Assembly (NCBI GenBank): GCA_029260875.1
Contig: JAJDCL010000011.1
Coordinates: 1 to 60,400, forward strand
Direction of reading: 5' to 3'
Origin: Candidatus Saccharimonadota bacterium
GTDB taxonomy: Bacteria; Patescibacteriota; Saccharimonadia; Saccharimonadales; OFTM59
Length of the DNA stretch: 60,400 bases
Shown: one piece after another, positions 35,290 through 43,340 of the stretch
How positions within the stretch are numbered: the stretch's first letter is position 1
Layout: the number at the start of each line of letters is the position of its first letter
Position numbers and translations under genes: made by a program
Notes under the pieces: generated by a model
Told to the model about the DNA's origin: nothing
The model's input: only the letters and a program-made list of their open reading frames with translations
Database searches by the model: none

Positions 35290-35466
35290 CTCTTTTGTCC
35301 TTTCTAAGACGCACTGAACAAGCCGTTAGAGCGTATAGCTCTACCGTTCTGTTCGTTAATATTTAGTTTGTGACCACCAAGTTTTTAGCTAACTTGAATG
35401 TTACATTCTAATTTTATAACACCATATAAAATACGTCTGTCAATGCCGAATTATTCCGAAAACCCG

Positions 35467-36276
35467 TTATGAACCCGCCAGTTTGATTGCTTCTAGCTGC
35501 TCATCACTAAGCTCTGTGGTTTTTCTGACCAATATTGCCTTAGGAAATGCTTGAATAAAGGGACTAAGCGGGTTCTTCCCGCCGAAATGTGAGTTACGAA
35601 TATTCTCACGCAGATTATTCAATCCAGGTACTTTTATCTCTGCTTCGTTAAATTCAGATTTAAGTGTTTTTAAGTCTATTTGCTTATTAGGGTGATGTTT
35701 TAAGCAGTAAGAAATAACTGTTTGTGCCAAGCCGTCACGCATAGCTGATAGGTAGTACTTATCATCGCCAACAGACACTACTGGTCTACCAGAAACATAT
35801 TCAATGGATAACGTAGCGTACATCTTGTCTAGTTCGTGCTTAAATTGAGTGTAATTCTTATCAGCTTCATCAAGTAGTTTCTGAATTTGGGGCGTTAAGT
35901 CTGGTTTCTCTTTGTCGGCCTTGATACATAACATACCGACCCTTGCATTATGCTCCTCGCCATAGTCAGCCCCTGAATGCGTATAATCAAATGCTAATGA
36001 TTTGTACTCTCCAATATTTTCATGAAACAGCTCAATGTTGTCCATAACTCGCCAGCAGATAGTCCCACCAACTTTCTGTAGTTCGGGTTGGCGTGCGTAA
36101 ATTTGTTTTAGCTCATTAGCCAGCAAGACGTAGCTACGATTAACGGCTGTAGTGTCAGGTATGTCCCTATAGTTATCCAAAAGCGTAAATATCTTAATGA
36201 CATACTCGTTAAGCAATCTTGCTAATGCGTAATCGTTGGCTGGATCATTCTGTTTATTAGCTTCTTCCATTACCAT
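35467..36276 (-). CDS. hypothetical protein (269 aa)
   Basis: ORF track. No motif recognised. Confidence 0.5.
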   Translation of the reverse strand: MVMEEANKQNDPANDYALARLLNEYVIKIFTLLDNYRDIPDTTAVNRSYVLLANELKQIYARQPELQKVGGTICWRVMDNIELFHENIGEYKSLAFDYTHSGADYGEEHNARVGMLCIKADKEKPDLTPQIQKLLDEADKNYTQFKHELDKMYATLSIEYVSGRPVVSVGDDKYYLSAMRDGLAQTVISYCLKHHPNKQIDLKTLKSEFNEAEIKVPGLNNLRENIRNSHFGGKNPLSPFIQAFPKAILVRKTTELSDEQLEAIKLAGS

Positions 36277-36550
36277 AGATTATAGGGTAAATGTACCAGT
36301 CAGGTATATGGGCAAGGTTGGTTGGTGGTAACATTAAAGTATTATGATTGTCGCAATCACCGCAACACTTACAGCACTCCTGTACGCTGTCTTTAGGAAG
36401 AAGACACCACCCAAAAGAACCCCACAGCAAAAGCAAGATGACGAACTGATAACCACGATTCTGCCTACTATCAACAGCGACCAGTAAAGCTCCTAAAAAG
36501 CCCAATCTGTCATAATAATAAGAGAAGGACTAATACAAAAAAGGAGTTTT

Positions 36551-36784
36551 ATGACCTATACGAAAGGCGTGGGACGACCCACTAAAATGAATATAAGAAC
36601 AATGGTGAAGTTGGCAGATGCCTTGAAGAACAATTACAGTGTGAGTGATGCTTGTAAATGGGCAAGGATCGGCAGGACCACTTACTACCGACACATGAAC
36701 AATAATGTAGTCTTCGCAACTAAGATGAGTTATGCGATAGAATGCCGTGACAAAGTGTCGTTTAATTTTGGTACAAGTTACTAA
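36551..36784 (+). CDS. small helix-turn-helix DNA-binding protein
   Basis: GRPTKMNIRTMVKLADALKNNYSVSDACKWARIGRTTYYRHM is a resolvase/terminase-small-subunit-style HTH. Confidence 0.55.
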   Translation: MTYTKGVGRPTKMNIRTMVKLADALKNNYSVSDACKWARIGRTTYYRHMNNNVVFATKMSYAIECRDKVSFNFGTSY

Positions 36785-37006
36785 CTTAACTAGTTGAGCC
36801 GTTTACGATTTTAATAAAAGTGGTGTTTCAAAATTGGTAGCTGGTTAAGGGCGACAAATGACGTTAGGGTGCGGAAATCTGGCCAAAAATTATGTATGGC
36901 GTTACACGGCATCTTTTAGCAGTAAAAGATGAACGGGTTTTTACTGACCTCTGTGGGCTCTCTGGAGCGTCTAGGACGGGTTTTTCTACCGAAGTTGAGG
37001 AAAGGG

Positions 37007-38005
37007 TTATGTGCCGAATAACTTCATAGCACTACGTACTTCTTGCATTGTTTTTGCCACGGTAATTCTGGCCTGTTGCGTGCCGTTGCTCAGGATTGTT
37101 TTGACTAGTTCTGGCTGTGCTTCATAGTACCGTCTTCGTTCCCGAATTGGCTCTAAGAACTCATTTAGAACATCTGACAAGTATTGTTTCACCTCAACAT
37201 CACCAACTTTGCCAGCAGCGTAACGTTCTTTTAGCTCGCTAAGCTTAGCTTTGTCTTTGCAAAAAGCGTCTAGGTATATGAAAACAGGGTTGCCTTTAAC
37301 CTTGCCGGGATCAGTTGCATGTTTCCGATTTGGGTCAGTGTACATAGCCATCACTTTCTTCCTGACCGTTTCTTCAGTGTCAGACAGGTAAATAACATTG
37401 CCGAGACTTTTGCTCATCTTAGCATTACCGTCTGTACCTACTAGGCGTGCTACTCGGCCTACCATGATTTCAGGCATACGAAACGAATAGCCATAGATGT
37501 TGCTAAATTTCGCCACGACTTCACGGCTCAGCTCAAGCATAGGTGATTGGTCATCACCAACAGGTACAATATCTGCATTAAATGCTAAGATGTCTGCCGC
37601 CTGTGACAGCGGGTAATTTACAAATCCTACGGGAACATTACTACCGAAGCCTTTTTGCTTCATCTCTGACTTTACAGTTGGGTTGCGCTGCAAACGCTCA
37701 AGGCTGACTAAGTTCATAAAATAAACGGTCAGTTCGGCTAATTCTGGTATTTGCGACTGTACAAAAAGCACTGATTTTTCGGGGTCTAACCCTGCTGCAA
37801 GGTTATCAAGGGCGACTTCGTATACACTATCCCGCACTTTTTCAGGCTTATCAAAATTATCAGTCAGTGCCTGTACGTCTGCCACCATGATGTACGTTTC
37901 GTAATCGTCTTGGAGGCTAACTCTGTTCTCAAGCGTGCCCAAGTAGTGGCCAAGATGTAGCTTACCAGTTGGTCTATCCCCAGTTAAAATACGTTTCTTA
38001 GTCAT
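37007..38005 (-). CDS. trpS: tryptophan--tRNA ligase
   Basis: HIGH-type TGKLHLGHY and KMSKS. 332 aa, class Ic length. Confidence 0.9.
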   Translation of the reverse strand: MTKKRILTGDRPTGKLHLGHYLGTLENRVSLQDDYETYIMVADVQALTDNFDKPEKVRDSVYEVALDNLAAGLDPEKSVLFVQSQIPELAELTVYFMNLVSLERLQRNPTVKSEMKQKGFGSNVPVGFVNYPLSQAADILAFNADIVPVGDDQSPMLELSREVVAKFSNIYGYSFRMPEIMVGRVARLVGTDGNAKMSKSLGNVIYLSDTEETVRKKVMAMYTDPNRKHATDPGKVKGNPVFIYLDAFCKDKAKLSELKERYAAGKVGDVEVKQYLSDVLNEFLEPIRERRRYYEAQPELVKTILSNGTQQARITVAKTMQEVRSAMKLFGT

Positions 38006-38618
38006 TGTTTTCTCCTTGTGTGTAAGTAAAGCCTTGCAGGTAGTCGTAATTTACTGCCTGCTTCTGGTCACTTACGCTAAATGTTAATCTATTACGCAAC
38101 AAAGCTATCTGTAAAAGCCGCATAAAGAAGCCATGGGTAACTATAATTATAGTTCGGCCACTATTATCAGCTATCAGACTTTGTATCTGGTGAATGCGTG
38201 CCACAATCGCTGGTGTAGCTTCATCAGCCGTGTTTTGTTCAACCGCTTTATATACAGCTTCTCTTACGGCGTCCATACCCTTACTCTCAAACGTAGAATC
38301 GGAGATAAGTTTCTTGGGGCTGAAGGCGATTTCGTGTAGGCACTCAAGCTCCTTGATTTCTTTAACGTTGAGTTCGTCAGCAAGCAGGGCTGCAGTTTCT
38401 ATGGCTCGTGGGGTAGAGCTGTAGTAAATAGCGTCTACCCCGTCTCTGTTCAAGAAGCCATCAGCTATGTGCTTTTTAATTTTAGACTTCGCAAGTTTGC
38501 TGTTAATTGCGGGCTGAATTTTTTCAGTTGCTAACAAGTCCAGCTGTTGTAGGCTCAGCCTATCGTAGTTGTTATATGGGTATTTTAGGTCGGCGTGTCG
38601 GACAAAAATAACTTTCAT
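37998..38618 (-). CDS. histidine phosphatase family protein (phosphoglycerate-mutase-like)
   Basis: N-terminal VIFVRHAD (RH catalytic pair) and C-terminal IIVTHGFF. Overlaps the trpS start by 8 nt. Confidence 0.75.
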   Translation of the reverse strand: MKVIFVRHADLKYPYNNYDRLSLQQLDLLATEKIQPAINSKLAKSKIKKHIADGFLNRDGVDAIYYSSTPRAIETAALLADELNVKEIKELECLHEIAFSPKKLISDSTFESKGMDAVREAVYKAVEQNTADEATPAIVARIHQIQSLIADNSGRTIIIVTHGFFMRLLQIALLRNRLTFSVSDQKQAVNYDYLQGFTYTQGENND

Positions 38619-38621
38619 AAT

Positions 38622-41222
38622 TTAGTCCTCCATAACCCTGATTATTTTTCTATTAGCAGGATCAAAGCTTACTCGTTCACCAGTCTTTAAGTGTTTTGAT
38701 TTAACGCCGCCGATTGCACCACGTCCAAGCTCACGGGCACGTTGTGCGCCGTGTGAAACAAGCCCAGCATTCTCAATTACAATGCCGTCTGCGGCTACAA
38801 TCAGTGGGTCGTGACTTAGGTTCATTTGTGACGCAACCAATATGACTTGAGAGCCTTCGGCCTTAGCTTTTTCTATAGTTTCCATAGCTGCTTTCGGGTC
38901 ATCGTAGTCATCAATGTTTACAATAACACCGTTAGCAATTAACGCCCCCTGTGCCAGTAGCTTACCAGCCATTTCTCTAACCAGCTCGTCTTTATCTGAT
39001 GTAAGTTCAAGGTTTGCTATGTCTACTTCTCTTATGACGGCAGGCATTTCAAGTTCTGGGTAGTTGGCAAACGCTTGCTGGCGTTCGTTAATGGTCAGTC
39101 TGAAGCTTGCAGTACTGGTAGCAAGTTGCGGTATTTCTCTAGGGTACACAGAAAATATTGCATCTGGCTCTAAGCCTAAGCCGCTACTTAATTCCAGCAG
39201 GGCTTTTCTGGCCAAGCCATACTCAGCCACAAAATAGTATTTAACGGTTTCACGCAGAGCCATATACGTCTGTGTAGCCGTTAATATCTGGTCAAAGTCT
39301 GCTGTTTTTTCAGCTCCCAGCTTGTCACGGACTTCCTTTTCTAGCACAAGTCGTGCATGTTGCTGTTTTGCAAATTCGCCAATATACAAATCTTTATTTT
39401 GATATATACCCTCAACATAAGTCTTTAGATTTTCTTCATCTTCGCTCAATCGTGGGTGACGTATTTCAAGCATTTCACCCGTGCTGTAGTGACCCACTTG
39501 ATCCCTACCAATTGCTAAGGCTTCTTCAAATGAACTAACGTTGGCTATCGCAAGATTGGCGTCCGTAATTGCGCTGCCATTTAGTCCCTGCGTTAGCTTA
39601 CTGAATAAATCTTCTGCTTGGTCGGGTGTAACAGCCATTTCTTCCTGCAAGTAGCTTTGAAGCCGCTGGGAATAGTAAAATCCAAGTCTTGCCGCTTTCA
39701 CAAAATTCACACACGACTCATTACGCAAATGTTCCAAGACATCAAAAATGTAGTTTTGTAACTCGTCATTACTAAGCTCTTGCAAGGGAACTTTCGCCAT
39801 ACTTTCCAGATAGTTTACCTCGGCAGGTAAATGAATGGTTTGGTAGTCACCTAAAAAGGTGTCAGCGTGTCCAGCCAATGAATCACGGAATCGTAAGTAA
39901 GTAGCGTAGTACGCATCTGCTTGGTCACCAAACCGCTCTTGAAGCTGTTCAAGTGTCGGGTCTTGTAAGTACAAACCCATCTCTGGATATTCACCTTTTG
40001 AGGGGTCGTCTTCTACGGCGTTTAGATACTCCGCTACTAAAGATTTGTTGTACTCCTCTATGCTGGCAGGGTAGCCCGCATAAAAAGTATGTGCGTCTCT
40101 AGCTAAGCTAAAGTATGGCTTGCCACCAATCAGGTGCATAAAGCCTACTGACTGGTCGCCAAGTGGATAGTTCATTTGCTTACGGCCAATTTGTATAGCA
40201 CCTGCGACACCATCACTACCAGTGAATATGTATGCAAATATGCCGATGTCCATCTCCTTTGGTCTTGGCATAATTTCACTAAAGTTGCTGTCACTAAATG
40301 TGACGCTCTCACTGCTAAGTTCGTCTTTCTCTGCCTGAACTAAAGCAGTAATTTGTGACTTCACGGCTGTTAGTGTTTCGGCTGGCGTTTCACATAGCTC
40401 AACGTCACTAAGCTCTGCTGTAAGCGGGCGGGCTTGCAGTATTTGCAGCCTGCCATCTTCTATGGCAAACTCAATGTCCTGCGGTAAGCCACCGAAAAGT
40501 TGTTTGATAGTCTGAGCGTTGGCATTAAGTTGCTCTAAATTTTCCGCTGTAAGCGGGTTAGTAGTGAAGCCCTTGGATTGGGTAATTGCTCCGGCCTGAT
40601 TTACCAAAATTGAGCTGCCTTCCTTAACACCATCCACTAGTTCCGCCCCGAAGCCATCAACATACTGCACTAATACGTTGTCGCCAGCTACATCTGTGTA
40701 AAGCACGCCTGATTTATCTGCTGGAACGAGTCGCTGTACTACAAGCCCCATTTTTACTTGGTCGGGTTCGTAGCCGTGCAGGCTCAGTAAGTCGGCTACA
40801 TCGGCTGAACGTGACTGGTCATATATCGCTGCCATAGCCGAGCTAACTTCTTGGTCTTCGTCAAATAGGTAGTGCGTATCAAACACACCAGCCATACTCA
40901 CATCAGCACCATCTTCACAGGTTGCTGAACTACGCACCGCTATTTGCCCACCAAGGCTACTGCGAATGGCTTCAAGTTCCCCAACGAGTGACGGGTCAAT
41001 GACGCCATTTTGCAAGTAATAGTCGTGAGCGGAGGCACTTATACAAACACCTTCAGGAACAGCTATGCCGTGGTTAGCCATAGTCGCTAGGTGTAAGGCT
41101 TTGCCGCCAACAACTGCTCGGTCTCTGTCACTAATCTGGTTAAATGTTTTTACGAACGGGTGGTCAGCCACTAAAGGCTCACCTTGTTCGTAATAGTTAA
41201 TTGTTTCGTAGTTATTCATCAT
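38622..41222 (-). CDS. PEP-utilising-enzyme family phosphotransferase with rifampicin-phosphotransferase (RPH) architecture
   Basis: 866 aa. N-terminal PPDK_N/ATP-grasp (VGGKALHL..., AVRSSATCEDG, LVVQRLV), a long middle domain, and the swivel domain at the extreme C-terminus (GLVSHGAQRARELG). No PEP/pyruvate TIM-barrel domain. Confidence 0.8.
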   Translation of the reverse strand: MMNNYETINYYEQGEPLVADHPFVKTFNQISDRDRAVVGGKALHLATMANHGIAVPEGVCISASAHDYYLQNGVIDPSLVGELEAIRSSLGGQIAVRSSATCEDGADVSMAGVFDTHYLFDEDQEVSSAMAAIYDQSRSADVADLLSLHGYEPDQVKMGLVVQRLVPADKSGVLYTDVAGDNVLVQYVDGFGAELVDGVKEGSSILVNQAGAITQSKGFTTNPLTAENLEQLNANAQTIKQLFGGLPQDIEFAIEDGRLQILQARPLTAELSDVELCETPAETLTAVKSQITALVQAEKDELSSESVTFSDSNFSEIMPRPKEMDIGIFAYIFTGSDGVAGAIQIGRKQMNYPLGDQSVGFMHLIGGKPYFSLARDAHTFYAGYPASIEEYNKSLVAEYLNAVEDDPSKGEYPEMGLYLQDPTLEQLQERFGDQADAYYATYLRFRDSLAGHADTFLGDYQTIHLPAEVNYLESMAKVPLQELSNDELQNYIFDVLEHLRNESCVNFVKAARLGFYYSQRLQSYLQEEMAVTPDQAEDLFSKLTQGLNGSAITDANLAIANVSSFEEALAIGRDQVGHYSTGEMLEIRHPRLSEDEENLKTYVEGIYQNKDLYIGEFAKQQHARLVLEKEVRDKLGAEKTADFDQILTATQTYMALRETVKYYFVAEYGLARKALLELSSGLGLEPDAIFSVYPREIPQLATSTASFRLTINERQQAFANYPELEMPAVIREVDIANLELTSDKDELVREMAGKLLAQGALIANGVIVNIDDYDDPKAAMETIEKAKAEGSQVILVASQMNLSHDPLIVAADGIVIENAGLVSHGAQRARELGRGAIGGVKSKHLKTGERVSFDPANRKIIRVMED

Positions 41223-41230
41223 ATTCTCCT

Positions 41231-41258
41231 TAAATTAAAAAGCTCCCTTTCGGGAGCT
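41231..41258 (-). terminator. intrinsic terminator abutting the RBS of the dikinase-like gene (candidate attenuator)
   Basis: Minus strand: AGCTCCC-GAAA-GGGAGCT, then TTTTTAATTT, then AAGGAGAA and the ATG at 41222. There is no room for a promoter between the hairpin and the start. Confidence 0.65.
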
Positions 41259-41366
41259 AGCTTTGCTGTAATAAAATTCTACAAACTTAAATAGACTCCC
41301 TTAAATAGCGAGAACTTTGCCAAGCACCTTGCTGGCCAAAATTAGTAATTATTGTGGTCGTCTTCA

Positions 41367-41621
41367 TTATTGTTTCCTCAAGACTTTGAACCTGCCCTGT
41401 GATAGCTCTTTAGAGCCACGAGTAACAGTAGCTATGCCTACACCCAAATCACTAGCGATCTTAGCTTGGGCTTCACCAGCCAGCAGCCGCTTAATAATCT
41501 CAAGCCGCTGGGCAAGCTCTCGCCTTTCTTTATCGGTTGTAATACCAACAAGGAAGTCTGCAAGCAGTTGCTTGTCACGGGTAGAGTAGGTTAGTTCTAT
41601 AAAGTCATTAAAATCTGACAT
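41367..41621 (-). CDS. Trp-repressor (TrpR/YerC-YecD) family protein
   Basis: LTTDKERRELAQRLEIIKRLLAGEAQAKIASDLGVGIATVTRGSKEL parallels E. coli TrpR ...[23 protein letters not shown]...GAGIATITRGSNSL (from memory). Confidence 0.8.
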   Translation of the reverse strand: MSDFNDFIELTYSTRDKQLLADFLVGITTDKERRELAQRLEIIKRLLAGEAQAKIASDLGVGIATVTRGSKELSQGRFKVLRKQ

Positions 41622-41636
41622 AAGGTATATACTAGC

Positions 41637-41654
41637 ACACTAGTACGCTAGTGT
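41637..41654. promoter_or_regulatory. CTAG-containing 18-bp palindrome ACACTAG-TACG-CTAGTGT (TrpR-type operator candidate)
   Basis: Perfect 7+7 inverted repeat 16 nt upstream of the TrpR-like ATG, with a third ACTAG at 41631-41635. It lies in the 114-bp divergent region shared with the AbiEii-like gene. Confidence 0.55.
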
Positions 41655-41735
41655 CAATACTAATCATTATGTTATTGGTGAGAACCTTACTAATTAACAA
41701 TAGTTTAGCTAGCTTGAAAATTGTATTATTAGATA

Positions 41736-43193
41736 GTGATAACCCCTGATGAAATCCTGTCTAAGGCTAACTCCGAAGGCATAAATACCAGTAATGTCCA
41801 ACGTGACTATATATTTAGCTGGATTCTTGCTGGTTTGTATCGCCAGAGCAGCCTCGCTAACCAGCTAGTTCTAAAGGGCGGTAACTTGTATCGCAAAGCG
41901 TATTACCCATCAACCAGATTTTCTAATGACCTAGACTTTACTACCGAAACGGGTGTGGACGAATCAAACCTGCTGAACGAACTTAACGGCATCTGCGAGT
42001 ACATTACTTCCGAAACGGGAATCCAATTTGAGTACGACAAAAACGCCATCATTGACGAGCATTTCATCAGCGATACCAAATCAGCCTATAAAATTCGGTT
42101 GTATTTTAAGGACTTCTTCGGGCAAGAAAGCAACATGGTACTAAAAGTGAACCTTGATATTGCTCAGTTTGATAAAATCTACTTGCAACCAATTAAAACA
42201 CCTCTTATACACCCGTACTCAGACGCTACTTTGCTTAGTACAGATATTATGGCAATGAGGCTTGAGGAAGCACTGGCAGACAAGCTCAAATGCTTAATCC
42301 AGCGAAGGCACTCGTTTGACTTGTTTGACCTTGTACACGCTATTTTTATAGATAAAACCATTGAGGTTGATAAATCGGAGATGGTTCGGGTATTTTTGAA
42401 GAAAACCATTTTTGAGCGAAGCCCCGGTGCCGCAAAAAATCTATTGGTTGGTGTGCCCTTTGACCTGATGAAGGACTTTTGGTCAAAACTCGTATGCCCG
42501 AAGGATACACTCTTTGCATTTGACGAAGCAGTCGGTATGTTCAGCTCTAGTCTGGCAGGTCTTTTTGATAGTTTCGGTGTGGGTCATGCCTCGGAGTTGG
42601 CATTTTATCCAGCCGGCCTACGTAACAAAATTATGGACGCCGGACAGAGTAAGAAGCTCCTGAGAATGACGTATCAGGGTGCAACTAGAGACGTTGAACC
42701 ATACTCGCTGAAGTATCAAACTACTAAAGATGGTACAGGCCGTGAGTATTTCTGGGGCTACGATAGAACTGGTGGCAACAGTGGTCATGTTGGTATAAAA
42801 GCATTCCTCAACCAGAGTGTTCAATCCTTAGAAGTAACTGACAAGACGTTTGAGCCACGCTTTGAAATTGAAGTTTCAAAAGCTGGCGAGATACATGACA
42901 GTCTTAGTTTTAGTAAGAGTGGCCGCCGAGTTGCTAACATTCTCGGTACGCCCTCTAGCAATCGCAGAGTTCCACCTAAAGGGCTTGGTAGGCGAAGAAC
43001 AAGAGGCTTCAGCGGCTTTGGTGAAGACAAGAAGTATATTATCCAGTGTACTGTCTGCTACAAAAAGTTTTATCGTACAAATCAATTTGATACTACACTC
43101 AATTCACATAAGCGGCCAAAGGCAGGACGGTCTCACTACGCACAAGATTGTTATGGTAGCTACGGCAGGTATATTGGGCAAAAGAGACGCTGA
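41736..43193 (+). CDS. AbiEii/AbiGii (DUF1814, MenT-like) nucleotidyltransferase fused to a WYL-like domain and a basic Cys/His tail
   Basis: N-terminus LVLKGGNLYRKAYYPSTRFSNDLDFT (AbiEii signature). Residues ~310-380 read LRMTYQGATRDVEPYSLKY...REYFWGYDR...IKAFLNQSVQSLEVTDKTFEPRF (WYL-like). Tail CTVCYKKFY...H...C. GTG start. Confidence 0.7.
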   Translation: MITPDEILSKANSEGINTSNVQRDYIFSWILAGLYRQSSLANQLVLKGGNLYRKAYYPSTRFSNDLDFTTETGVDESNLLNELNGICEYITSETGIQFEYDKNAIIDEHFISDTKSAYKIRLYFKDFFGQESNMVLKVNLDIAQFDKIYLQPIKTPLIHPYSDATLLSTDIMAMRLEEALADKLKCLIQRRHSFDLFDLVHAIFIDKTIEVDKSEMVRVFLKKTIFERSPGAAKNLLVGVPFDLMKDFWSKLVCPKDTLFAFDEAVGMFSSSLAGLFDSFGVGHASELAFYPAGLRNKIMDAGQSKKLLRMTYQGATRDVEPYSLKYQTTKDGTGREYFWGYDRTGGNSGHVGIKAFLNQSVQSLEVTDKTFEPRFEIEVSKAGEIHDSLSFSKSGRRVANILGTPSSNRRVPPKGLGRRRTRGFSGFGEDKKYIIQCTVCYKKFYRTNQFDTTLNSHKRPKAGRSHYAQDCYGSYGRYIGQKRR

Positions 43194-43218
43194 AACTATA
43201 TAGGTAAGCACGGTGGGT
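43193..43218. repeat. 26-bp inverted repeat, right copy
   Basis: AAACTATATAGGTAAGCACGGTGGGT starts at the last base of the AbiEii-like gene's TGA stop. Confidence 0.9.
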
Positions 43219-43340
43219 GGGCAGTTTATATTGGATTTGAGCTATTATAGGTAAGGAACAGTGACCTAACCTGTTCTATAATGCTGTACCAAACGAGATT
43301 GATTAGTAGACACTAGAACGGTGTCTCTTGTTATACTGAA

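Larger units (their letters stand above)
31743..43278. mobile_element. putative integrated element at tRNA-Arg(UCG); right boundary uncertain
   Basis: The recombinase abuts the tRNA 3' end. Contains phage/plasmid-like small ORFs and an Abi-type gene. 13-bp direct repeat CTAACCTGTTCTA at 31795 and 43266. An IS1595 remnant lies just beyond. Confidence 0.5.

Noticed and set aside
36257-36505. 82-aa TTG-initiated Cys-rich ORF (..ECCKCCGDCDNHN..)
   Set aside because: It has a non-ATG start and no SD, and it overlaps the start of the 269-aa gene and its likely promoter. It could be real, but I cannot support it from sequence alone.
36785-37006. T-box or other leader regulating trpS, and a possible element boundary here
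   Set aside because: This region is downstream of trpS, which is on the minus strand. No T-box motifs are present. Only weak 8-nt similarities (AGCGTCTA) to the tRNA-Arg flank were seen.
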